A DNA stretch of 64,000 nt from Macrostomum lignano (lineage: Eukaryota): assembly GCA_002269645.1 (NCBI GenBank), contig NIVC01001024.1, positions 310,001-374,000 of the forward strand, given 5' to 3'. Position numbers and translations under genes: made by a program. Below the pieces are notes generated by a model. That model saw only the letters and a list, made by a program, of their open reading frames with translations. It was not told the origin of the DNA and made no database searches. Shown here piece by piece: positions 25,052 through 36,123 of the stretch; within the stretch, counting starts at the first letter, position 1, and each line of letters begins with the position of its first letter.

Positions 25052-25250
25052 GGGGGACGTAGTTCACTGGTCCAGCGCGGTGCACGGATGTGCCTGCAGC
25101 CCAGGCTCGATTCCAAGTGCATGCAGTCACAATAATTTACGGCCTTGAGGGCCAACCCCCAAGGCACAGTGAAGTGTACATACCTAAGGTACACTCCTGT
25201 GTATGTGCCTGCTTAGGGGTGGAATGGGTAGCAACGCCTCTCGCCGGTTG
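25052..25250 (+). mobile_element. tRNA-derived SINE family B, degenerate copy
   Basis: CCCAGGCTCGATTCCAAGTGC...CAAGGCACAGTGAAGTGTACAT is shared with the copies at 33580-33964, 53520-53840 and 62595-62938. Confidence 0.7.
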
Positions 25251-25667
25251 CTTTTTGCCTCGCTAACTAGTTAAGCCAGCTTCTATGCGATGTACAGTGT
25301 GATGTACATGTGTTGAAATGGCAGCGATAGTCTATGGCCAATACTGATTTTGAGCATGCTTTGCCGTGAAAAAATGTTAATAATATGTCCTACGGTTAGA
25401 TTATATAAATAATACTTCGGGTGCTACATAAACTTAATATTAGGATTCTTGGGATTTCTGTGGCAATTAGTTTGATTTTAAGCCTAACAATTAAAAAAAC
25501 CCAGAACTGTTTACTTATAGTATTAGAAGACATCAGGAGCATTTTTAATCCAATTAACTGTTTCTCTTTTATAACATTATCTAAGGATTAAAAATGTCTA
25601 GGATTTGGATTTCTCATTCAGACATATTCAACAACAGAATGCCGTATCTTGCTATTCATTTTTACAG

Positions 25668-25794
25668 CGCATTGTCCAGCCGGACCAATACGAAACTGCA
25701 GGGTCGCCTCAATCGGCCTCTGACTCATCGCAGTCACCTTGCGCTTCACCCGGACCAGCTAATCACATGGGTGCTCAGCGGCTTGGCTGGGAAA
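25668..25794 (+). CDS. cic: Capicua-like gene putative exon 5
   Basis: TTTTTACAG acceptor in phase 0. Two phase-1 donors: GTGCTC at 25771 and GTGAGC at 25795. Confidence 0.5.
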
Positions 25795-25814
25795 GTGAGC
25801 GACCTTGCGAATAA

Positions 25815-26878
25815 TGACTCATTTTAGTCCTACTAAGATATGCCCCACCAGCTGTATGACTCATTTTAGTCCTCGACAGATATGACCCACTAGCTCTATG
25901 ACTCATCTCATCCCGTTGGATATGACTTACTAGCTCTATGACTCATCTCATCCCTTTGGATATGACTCACTAGCTCTATGACTCATCTCATCCCTTTGGA
26001 TATGACTCACTAGCTCTATGACTCATCTCATCCCGTTAAATATGACCCACCAGCTCTATGACTCATCTCATCCCGTTGGATATGACTCACTAGCTCTATG
26101 ACTCATCTAAACCCGTTAGATATAACCCCACCAGCTCTATAACTCATTTCATTCCTTTAGTTATAACCCCACCAGCTCTATGACTCATTTTAGTCCCCAA
26201 TAAGATGTGACCCATAGAGCTCCATGACTCATTTTAGTCCCCAATAAGATATGACCCACCAGCTCTATGACTCATTTTAGTCCCCAATAAGATATGACCC
26301 ACCAGCTCTATGACTCATTTTAGTCCCCAATAGGATATGACCCACCAGCTCTATGACTCATTTTAGTCCCCAATAGGATATGACCCACCAGCTCTATGAC
26401 TCATTTTAGTCCCCAAAAGGATATGACCCACCAGCTCTATGACTCATTTTAGTCCCCAATAGGATATGACCCACCAGCTCTATGACTCATTTTAGTCCCC
26501 AATAGGATATGACCCACCAGCTCTATGACTCATTTTAGTCCCCAATAGGATATGACCCACCAGCTCTATGACTCATTTTAGTCCCCAAAAGGATATGACC
26601 CACCAGCTCTATGACTCATTTTAGTCCCCAATAGGATATGACCCACCAGCTCTATGACTCATTTTAGTCCCCAATAGGATATGACCCACCAGCTCTATGA
26701 CTCATTTTAGTCCCCAATAGGATATGACCCACCAGCTCTATGACTCATTTTAGTCCCCAATAGGATATGACCCACCAGCTCTATGACTCATTTTAGTCCC
26801 CAATAGGATATGACCCACCAGCTCTATGACTCATTTTAGTCCCCAATAGGATATGACCCACCAGCTCTATGACTCATT
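25815..26878 (+). repeat. 43-bp minisatellite (ATGACTCATTTTAGTCCCCAATAGGATATGACCCACCAGCTCT)n
   Basis: About 25 copies, near-identical in the 3' half. Confidence 0.97.
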
Positions 26879-26897
26879 CTGACCATCGAAATTGCAG

Positions 26898-26968
26898 GCG
26901 AAGATCAGCCGGAATCATCCAACTGCCCGCCGCAGTCAGTGCTGGCTTGTGCGGTGAAACTGGAGTGA
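26898..26968 (+). CDS. cic: Capicua-like gene putative terminal exon followed by two AATAAA signals
   Basis: TTGCAG acceptor in phase 1, ...EDQPESSNCPPQSVLACAVKLE*, and AATAAA at 26968 and 26982. Confidence 0.45.
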
Positions 26969-27739
26969 ATAAAATTATCCGAATAAACATTTTTTAGTTC
27001 TCAAGCCTCGTTTTGGTGTCCCATTTTGTAACTTTTCTTTAAGCACCTCTTAATGTCAGTTCAATCATAATCTGCAGTCATGTTAGTCGGCGTTTTATTA
27101 GTTACAAAATTTGTAGTAAAATAATGTTTGTTTAAATGCGTTGGAAATATTTAAACTTTAGTTATTGTTAATTGCGTACTTCAATTTTTTCACTTGATTA
27201 TTTAATTTTTGTTTTTGTTAATCTGTTTAATCATTGAAAAAATTTCAATGCAAGTCTCTTATTGATTTCTTTGTTTATTTAGTCAGTTTTCTCCACAAAT
27301 CTTGCAATACGATTTTAATAATTTCAATCTTTATTGATCATCTTTGCGTCTTTAATCATAATTATATTTATCTGCTCCTTATTTAATTAATTGTTTTGCA
27401 GTAAACAAATCACCATTTTTGTCATTTTCTCATTGAATCTGTTCAACTTTTTTACCTCGCAATGTTTTTAATTTCGGAACAAATTTTCCCGCGTAAGTCA
27501 TCTTTTATTGGCTATTTATCAATTTCACAAGTTGTTTTATCAATCAAACTTTCATTGTCGTGTATTCTGTGCAAATTTACCCTAGTTGTCTCTGTGTTGT
27601 GAACTATTTAATTACTGATATTAATACTACTAATAAATATTGTACAATAGTATCCACTGTTTGTGGTGTTTGGTATTATCAGTTTAAATGCTTTCTAAAC
27701 GGCCTTCATTTTTGTTTTTTTTTTATACTTGTTTTGTGA

Positions 27740-28050
27740 GGCGCCGATTCGGGTGTTTTAGGCGCTAATCTGTGTGTTTATGATTCGCCGATTGGGGTGT
27801 TATGAGGGCGCCGATCGGGGTATTGTGAGGGCGCCGATTCGAGTGTTTTGAGGGCGCTAGATTGGATTTATAAGTGTGCGCCGATCGTGGTACTTTGGGG
27901 ACGCCGATTGGGGTGTTATAAAAGCGCCGATTGAGGTGTTATGAGAGCGCCGATTGAGGTGTTATGAGGACGCCAATGAAGTGTTATGAGAGCGCCGATT
28001 GAAGCGTTATGAGGGCACGATTGAGGTGTTATGAGAGCGCCGATTTGCGT
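27740..28050 (+). repeat. ~23-bp degenerate tandem repeat (GCGCCGATTGAGGTGTTATGAGA)n
   Basis: About 13 copies of the GCGCCGATT core. Confidence 0.85.
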
Positions 28051-29321
28051 ATCATAAGGGTGCCTATTGAGAGTTATTAATGGCACCAACAATTTTAGAA
28101 TTCGGAGAGGCTATATTGGTAATTGCGGAGGCGCCTATTTTGATGTGTTTCGGGTTGCTCATTTGAGCGCCTAACGCTACATGCGTTACTACGAGTTATT
28201 ACTACGCGTTACTACATGCTACATGCTAGTGAGTGGTCTTGATTTACTGTTGAATTCAAGTCTTCAGATCCATTATCTGATCTTAAATATCCCATAGTTT
28301 CAATGTGCAATTTTGATATCCTTGATTCAACGATTGTGCTAGCAGCACTGGCAATTTATAATAAAAAAATAATGAACTCTTTAAGGACTAAACTTTAGAA
28401 GTGCATGCATTTCATACTGCAATTGATTTTTAATTAAGCAATTAATGTGTGAGAATTACGTCTTTTGGATGCAGTAAATTGCGAAAATATAGCAAGAAAT
28501 GAACAACTTTAAAAGCAGCAGTTAAAGATTCCTTGGAAACAATTAATTCAAAGACAATTCATATCACCGCGTTTTAGAATTATAATAAAAATGCAAACTA
28601 ATATTTGAACATCAATTTTACTTATTGGATGTCTCATTTTCCATGTGTACAGTCAAACATGAAACTGTGACAGGAGATTCTTCCATTTTTATGCATCGAA
28701 ATTAAACTTCAGGTTCAGCCCAGGTAAAAGCAAACCTAGCCTTTATTGACTCAATTTCACGCTCAGCATGCGAGTTTTCTCTCTGCTGAGAAAGAATTGT
28801 GTGCACACAGTGCAGCTTGTGTCCACAGGTTGTGTCTCCATTCTTATAAGCTCTGGAGGTTTTATCGATCGTCGCCCTTTGTAGGGAGAGAATTTCACTA
28901 TGCCGTACCCAGCTAACTGTACTTTGCTTCGCCCCCTCGCGTTTGCGATTTACTCCTGGCTTCCTCAGGGCTAGCTACACGCATTTTCAATATTCCCGCA
29001 TGTCACTCAAGTTGAGTGGCTTCCCTGGAATATTCTAAACGGTGAGTTTGCTGCCATATCGCTCTAAAGATACACTGTAGAGCTGATTGCTAATGCAAGC
29101 TCTAGGTGTAGCTTAACGTGACAGTTGAAGCTTTCTACAATGATATTTTTCAAAACGGGTTATAAAAAAGGTATTGTTCAGAGTTAGCACTCGATAGCGT
29201 GTTGTCGTCTAGAAAGCGTTTGAATTCCAAATAAAGCAATTATATGTCCGATATTGTGGTCTGATTGTGATTGTCGAGTGCATCAAGACAGCTGAAATGC
29301 GATTGCAACGAGCCACCTCAG

Positions 29322-30485
29322 TCACACCTCAGCCCTGATCAGTACAAACAATGGGTGCAGGTGAATACTCAACCCCGTATAGTTGACGCTGTTGAGTCCA
29401 TCGGTGGCCATTGTTTGTCGGACTTTGTGCGCGTAGGGCCAGGGCATTTTGTTGACAATGACGTCTTCACTGTGTCGGAGGTTGATGTAGCGGGCCTCCG
29501 CGCCGCCGCTGTACCGGATGCTGAACCCGGATATGGACAGCCTGGCCGCCAGCTCGTCATCCTCTCGGCCCCAGCCGTAGTACCGATTCGAATTGCCGTT
29601 GATCTTGACGAAAGCGTCTTTAGTGACGGCTGAGACTCCGCCGAAAAAATTGTGATACAATTTGCCTTTCGAATACTTGCTACTGGCCTGCGATCGCATC
29701 TCGGAGATGAGCAGCTTCGGAGCGTTCTTGCAGTCGTAGACGTTGGCAACATTCTCAGGCACCTTGTCGGAATCGTGGAAGACAAAGCAGTCGAACTGGT
29801 AGAATCTCTGCGACAGTAGAAAGCCAATGTTGAGCAGCTTGGCTCGATTGAACAGTCGCCAGTCCGCCTGTTCCACCACGAACAGTCCGAACAGGATGTT
29901 CTGCTTGCGCAGCAGTCTGTGCATGTAGGGCACAAATGTGTCCAGATTTTTGCTGCGGTTCCGGTAAGGCACGAGCACTGCGGTTCGCGACAGCGGCGGC
30001 CAGCAGCTCCGCGGAGCCCAGAAGCCGCCGTCAACTATCCCTGAGTTCTTCGGCTCCTGCAGCTGCATCTCCGGTGTCGCATTGGCTTGAAGGCAGTGCA
30101 CCATGCTCTCCGACTTCGGCCGCTGACAGGCGCCGGCGCTTGCAGCCGCGGCCGCTGCTGCCGCAACTGCAGCCGAGAAGTTGACCGGGCCAGAGACTGG
30201 TTTGAGCGCGTCGTACAACATTGGATAAGTGATATTGTGGGCACTTCTGTTCCACCGCGTTGAGACCACCGATTTCAGGGCAACTGTTCGTGACTTATTT
30301 CTCGTTCTTACTGTAGAATTTGAGCGATGGAACGTCATGTGCTCATTCAAGTAGCTCACCAGCAGGCGCGGATACACGGACGGCCGGCTGGCAGTGGTGA
30401 CTAATAGCTCTCTGGTCAGGAGCACTATGAGACTGACAACTGCTCCCGATGCCAGGATCTTTAAGCATAGACGATTCTTGCCCAT
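29322..30485 (-). CDS. B4GALT: Intronless GT7 family beta-1,4-galactosyltransferase-like protein (387 aa, type II membrane)
   Basis: N-terminal hydrophobic anchor, then TAVLVPYRNR, VVEQ...FNRAKLLNIGF, DCFVFHDSD, FFGGVS, GWGREDDE and LRHSED. Confidence 0.93.
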   Translation of the reverse strand: MGKNRLCLKILASGAVVSLIVLLTRELLVTTASRPSVYPRLLVSYLNEHMTFHRSNSTVRTRNKSRTVALKSVVSTRWNRSAHNITYPMLYDALKPVSGPVNFSAAVAAAAAAAASAGACQRPKSESMVHCLQANATPEMQLQEPKNSGIVDGGFWAPRSCWPPLSRTAVLVPYRNRSKNLDTFVPYMHRLLRKQNILFGLFVVEQADWRLFNRAKLLNIGFLLSQRFYQFDCFVFHDSDKVPENVANVYDCKNAPKLLISEMRSQASSKYSKGKLYHNFFGGVSAVTKDAFVKINGNSNRYYGWGREDDELAARLSISGFSIRYSGGAEARYINLRHSEDVIVNKMPWPYAHKVRQTMATDGLNSVNYTGLSIHLHPLFVLIRAEV

Positions 30486-32284
30486 CTAGCAGTTAGGGCC
30501 AGTGAGAGTCGGTTAGAGCAAAATAGAAATGGATGCAAAATGGCTTTTAAGCAACGGCTGCTTTTGCTAATGAAAGCGATTCCTATTGTTTTTTACCTTA
30601 CTCTTACCCTTTGGGCGTGACTCAGTGATATGCGCCACTTCTCAAGTGGATTTTAATATATAAGTTGAGTTGAAAGCAGCGTAGTATTCTCTACAGGCTA
30701 GACTGAAAACACCCCCATAGCCAGCCAATTCTATTGACCCAGCGTTTTAGCCATGCAGCGACCAGAGCCAGTCAGTGTTTCTCTCGGCACGCGAGTGAAC
30801 AGCTGAGTTTCTTTAATTTCCTTCTCCAGTGTTCTCCTCTCAGGTTGGCGAGCAGGCCTTGCAGAATGGTTTCATTCATGGACTACTAATGATAAAGCGT
30901 GTATGGACTATAAGGTCTATGCATGCATATGCAAATAACGCGGAGAGAGAGAGAGCCAAATTCAAATTTTCCAAATCGTGCACGCGCAGAGAAAGATACA
31001 CAAGCAAAATTGCCCTTAACAGGGCATTGTCACGATATGCTGAATCATGCCTCATCGATTCCTAAATGCGTCCAAAATAAAAGGCATTCAAACCTTTTTT
31101 GTTTTAACTTGACGTTTGCATCAAGAAAAAATTTGATTGGCATTTTCTTAGGGAGATTTTTTGTCTTCGTTGGGGTTCTAATCCAGTTACCAACCGTTAT
31201 AAAAGTCCATGACTTTACACTTCCTGCTGAAGCGCTGCTTGTATACACAGGCAAGCTGCAAAGTTACAAAGTTTAAAACAGCTTTTGTTTCAGCAATCTT
31301 AATCAACGTTTAGTTTGGTATCGTATGCACGTCATTGCGGGTAAGTTGAAAACATTTTCACCTTCCAGTAACGAGTACAGAGCTAAGCCCTTCGCAAGCG
31401 CACTATTCGGCTTTAGTGCCCAGCGCGTTATTTGTACATCGCCGCCTGCCCCCCCCCCTTTGGATGGCAGGGGGTGTTTTTAAACCCCCGTCGCGTCTAC
31501 TGGCGGCTCACTATGCCTTCTCGCAGTGAAATGTTTTTTTCTTCTTTTCCTCGTGTTAAGTCTGCTTTAAGTTAAATATAGATTGAAGTTCGAAACATTT
31601 TTTTATTGACAGAGGCCTGCTTCGTTTCTGTGCCAAGTTCGCGTCTTAATGCCTTCGTTGCGGGAAGCACTAATTGTCTCAATCTTTCATTACTTTCCAG
31701 GTTAAATGTGGGCTGAGAACGTATTGGCTCAGAAAACCAGATCATGAATATTCAGCACAAAAATGCATGCGTTACATACGCCTGTGGTAGAGGGCTAAAC
31801 AAGTAAGACCGGAGACTGTTTCCATCTGGAGGAAAAATATCTTGACTTGCACTGCAGTACGCTGTTGCGTGGCTGCACTCAATAAGCCATTGTGTTGAAT
31901 TAGTTTTTTTCCTGCAGTCCTGTTTCTCAGGGTTGAGCACTATTCTGCGATTATAAAAACAAATAATGCACTCGATTCAATTCAATATAAGCTTGTCTGT
32001 ACTATTAGAGATCGGGCAGTTTTTTGGAAATCCACAAAAATTTATAGAAGGCTATAGCGACTCACCTTCTAATATCTATAACAGCAAACTCGAGAAAACA
32101 CTTTCTCATATGTGGAACACTCTACTTACACAAGTAGTGCAATCGGTATAATATTATTCCAGACATGTGCTCAGTGGCAAACTAGATGCTCATCACACCC
32201 TCGCTAGGAAGAAGCAATCTTTTAGTGTTTCTGGCAGCGAACAGTTCAGAGGCTGAGGCTGCTCAGTTTAGTTAGAGACAAGGA

Positions 32285-33242
32285 GCTTAGGTGCACTTTA
32301 AGTGACATTGTTACACAACCAGTGAGAGGCGCATTACTGCCCATTCCGCCCCGACTCCCCTGAGCAGGCACAAGCGCGCGGATACGTACGCAGTCATACG
32401 CACAGGTACAAACTCACACAGAAGTGCACAGCGGCCCTGGCTTTATTTATTTGTAGTGAGCCGCCAGTTTGGTGTTATGCGTCGCACTATTGTCAACAGT
32501 TTCCTTCGCCCTTGCCCTCGCCCTGGGTTGCTGTCTGCCGCTGGGCAGCCTCCCTCCACTTTTTCTGACTGTTCTCTGTCGTCGTCGACCTTCTCTTCTC
32601 TGTGCTCTTGCTTGCAGCCACGAGCTTCTCTGCTGTGGCCTGCTCTGCGTTTCGTTCCTGTCCTGAGGTCACGCTGGTGGCCTCTTCCCTTGTCATGTGA
32701 GCAAGTCGGTAAGCATATTTACTGCACTTGCTGGTCCGTGTTTACTAGGGAATCACCTGCCCTGGGGCCATTGCCTTCTCTAAGGTGAGAGATGACTCAT
32801 GTTTCTAAAAATAGACACTGAGTCACACGGCCCTGTGCACTTTTTGTCTAGGGACCCATGCCTTCTTCTCTGGCGGGAAGTGACGTCACGGTTCTAAAAA
32901 TAGAACAAGTCACGAGGTCTCGCGTACAAAGGTGCACTGGGGATTCCCAGGCTATAAATACGGACCCCCCGGCCCTCACCCTTGGTTCAGTCAAGGAGTT
33001 CTTAGCTAGTTCTTACTCTCTAGCTCTTTGGTTTCTCTGTTCTTAGTGTCTAGTTTCTCAGTTTCCAAAGTTTTCTGACAGTTATTGGCCTGACTAAACT
33101 TAGACGCCCAAGCCTAAAGGAGGCTGACACGAGCCAAGCCGATATTGATATTGAGCCCCAAATTAATGTGACTGCACTTGGAATCGAGCCTGGGTCGCTG
33201 GCACACCAGAGCAGCTGCGCTACCGCTCGGCTACGGCCCCCC
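32285..33242 (-). mobile_element. SINE family B copy split into 3' part (32285-32450) and tRNA head (33125-33242) by an insertion
   Basis: Both pieces match the intact copy at 33580-33964. Confidence 0.65.
32691..33080 (+). promoter_or_regulatory. LTR-like segment (TGTCA...TGACA) with AP-1, MEF2, CRE and TATA motifs; may start at 32491
   Basis: TGACTCA 32793, CTAAAAATAG 32805 and 32894, TGAGTCA 32819, TGACGTCA 32881, TATAAATA 32953. No clean TSD. Confidence 0.5.
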
Positions 33243-33579
33243 TCTTAATGGACTGATACTGACTGACCGAGTAATTGATTACATCATAACTGCTTTCTGT
33301 GACTTCTGCTCTGACCTACTTAATATGTGAGTGTTGAACTATACATACAAGTGCAACAACTCATTGTATAAATTCAATGAGAGCCAGTCTACACTCAGCA
33401 ACAGCAAAACTCCCCACCCCTCTGGCGCGGCGCGGCGAGGCTGTTGCTTGCTGGGTGCCATGGCTCAATAGAGTTGCGTAACAGCCACTGCGTCTCAGCA
33501 GAATGCTGTGATGTTGACTCGGGAGGGGGATATCGCTGAAATTCTGTAGCTTTTGAGGGAATTTCCTGAGATTCTGAAG

Positions 33580-33964
33580 CTCCTTTTTTATTAGAGGCAG
33601 GGGGGGTGTGTGCACCCTGGCGCACTTTAAGCGACATAGGGACACAACCGGTGAGAGGCATTACTGCCCATTCCGCCGACTCATCTGAGCAGGCATACAA
33701 GCGCGCGGATACGTACGCAGGCACACACTCACACAGGAGTGTACAGCGGCCCTAACTTTATTTTTATCGTTAGGCATGTACACTTCACTGCGCCTTGGGG
33801 GGTTGGCTCTCAAGGCCGTTAATTGCACGAGCAGAGCCAAGCCGAGATTCCAAATTAGCCCCAAAACTCAAAACTCAGCCCCAAATTAATGTGACTGCAC
33901 TTGGAATTGAGCCTGGGTCGCTGGCACACCAGAGCAGCTGCGCTACCGCTTGGCTACGGCCCCC
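33580..33964 (-). mobile_element. tRNA-derived SINE family B, near-complete copy
   Basis: Minus-strand head GGGGCCGTAGCCAAGCGGTAGCG...GGCTCAATTCC (A-box and B-box-like), with a body repeated elsewhere in the window. Confidence 0.8.
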
Positions 33965-34140
33965 CGATTCTAAGGCTCACAGAGGAATTTCTGAGATGTC
34001 AAGACTCATGAGGAATTGCTGAGATGCCTATGTTTCAATTGGAACTTGTTGGTAGGCCAAGTAAAAAGTAGGTCAAGTGGAGAGTTATTGGGAAGTGGGT
34101 AGATGGTGAGTGGGTAGATGGGGAGTGGGTAGACAGGGAG

Positions 34141-35608
34141 GGGTGCTTTCACAAGGTCGAAATTTCACAACATCGAAAACTCTAGCAGAAGACTTCATAA
34201 GGTCGAAATTTCACAAGGTCGAAATTTCACAACATCGAAAACTTTAGCAAGAGACTTCATAAGGTCGAAATTTCACAAGGTCGAAATTTCACAAGGTCGA
34301 AATTTCACAAGGTCGAAATTTCACAACATCGAAAACTTTAGCAAGAGACTTCATAAGGTCGAAATTTCAGAACATCGAAAACTCGAAAAGCAGCCACTTT
34401 CATAAGGTCGAAATTTCACAACATCGAAAACTCGAAAAGCAGCCACTTTCATAAGGTCGAAATTTCATAACATCGAAAACTCTAGCAGAAGACTTAATAA
34501 TTGTAAGCCTTCGAGGCTTTTCTATATTCTATTGTTGTTTAGTAGGCCTATATATGTTGTAGGTGTTTTTCTGTTTGTCACTTAGTCTAATTTATCCTAA
34601 CCAGTCATTGCCAAAGTTATAGGGCTTTTTTCTCCTTTCAAAGTTTTTCTCTTTTCCCCTAAATTTATCCTACTTCGGATACCAAATTTTAGGTGCTTTT
34701 TACTGCTCTAATTCCAAAATGCTTCCCAACTATGTAGCTAAACTTACAGCTTATGTAAACTAACCCATCGTCCCAGTAGTCATAAGACACTTAGCAGAGC
34801 ACTCAGCACTCCTTGACGTTGAACTACTTAAAGAAGAGGTGATTAAAAACTTCTCTGAACCAAAGCTATTAAAACAAAAAATAATAATATAAACATTGAC
34901 ACAATCAAGACTTTAGTTTTCTACATTGTAAAATTTTGATCTTTTCATAGCTACTTGAAGCTGCTAAATTCTCAGTTTTTACATTGTAAAATTTCGATCT
35001 TAAGAAAGTGGCTGCTATTTGAGTTTTCGACCTTGTGAAATTTCGACCTTATGAAGTCTCTTGCTAAAGTTTTCGATGTTGTGAAATTTCTACCTTGTGA
35101 AATTTCTACCTTATGAAAGTGGCTGCTTTTCGAGTTTTCGATGTTGTGAAATTTCTACCTTGTGAAATTTCTACCTTGTGAAAGTGGCTGCTTTTCGAGT
35201 TTTCGATGTTGGGAAATTTCGACCTTATGAAAGTGGCTGCTTTTCGAGTTTTCGATGTTGTGAAATTTCGATCTTAAGAAAGTGGCTGCTTTTCGAGTTT
35301 TCGATGTTGTGAAATTTCTACCTTGTGAAATTTCTACCTTGTGAAAGTGGCTGCTTTTCGAGTTTTCGATGTTGTGAAATTTCTACCTTGTGAAATTTCT
35401 ACCTTGTGAAAGTGGCTGCTTTTCGAGTTTTCGATGTTGGGAAATTTCGACCTTGTGAAATTTTGACCTTATGAAGTCTCTTGCTAAAGTTTTCGATGTT
35501 GTTAAATTTCGACCTTGTGAAATTTCGACCTTATGAAGTCTCTTGCTAAAGTTTTCGATGTTGTGAAATTTCGACCTTGTGAAATTTCTACCTTGTGAAA
35601 GTGGCTGC
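34141..35608. mobile_element. Foldback-type element: inverted arms of (AGGTCGAAATTTCACA)n around an AT-rich spacer
   Basis: Left arm ~34147-34497 and reverse-complement right arm ~35010-35605. The end motif resembles the MITE at 12080-12364. No TSD seen. Confidence 0.8.
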
Positions 35609-36123
35609 GCACGCGAAGGCGCATTCAGCATGCCAGTGAAGTATGAGACAGACTAGGCCCATGGGCCAAGGTCTGCGATGCTTTACGCCTGCCCCTATCT
35701 TCAGCAGGTCAAGGCTGGTGGGAGGTCTGCACCCTCTATTTGCCTCTGGCAGCCGCAGACCCCCCCACGCTGTCTCGCAAGTCGACCCAGGGTACTCGTC
35801 CCCGCGTGTGTTCAAGGCAGTCCCTAGGGCTGCTGGACAGACTGGGCTCCGGCGCTGGCGACCCTATCCAGTGGCTTCGGCCGAATTTGGGTATGCGGGT
35901 CTGGCTCGCCAACCTGCAGGCCGTGGTACTGCTCAACGTACTCTCTAATGCCTAAGGTGTTGACCGTGCCGATGGGCTGGAAGGCCGGGGAGTAGTCCGG
36001 TCGCAAGCGGTCCCCCTCCTGGTGTCGGGCCAGCCTTGAGGGTGCTATTGGCCTACTGCCCGGTCAGGTGGAGCGGCCGGGTGGGTACCGCGCCTTTTTG
36101 AGGGTAGCCCACCAACCTTTATC

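Noticed and set aside
25815-26878. CRISPR-like regular array
   Set aside because: The units are directly adjacent with no unique spacers, there are no cas genes, and the context is eukaryotic.
27230-27610. Lys/Asn-rich degenerate minus-strand reading frame
   Set aside because: Multiple stops and no identifiable family.
33895-33964. tRNA gene
   Set aside because: It does not fold into a full cloverleaf and is always attached to the same repeated body, so it is a SINE head.
35640-36120. HDV-like ribozyme in the LINE 5' UTR
   Set aside because: I could not assemble a consistent P1/P3/L3 pseudoknot by eye; a covariance-model search would be needed.
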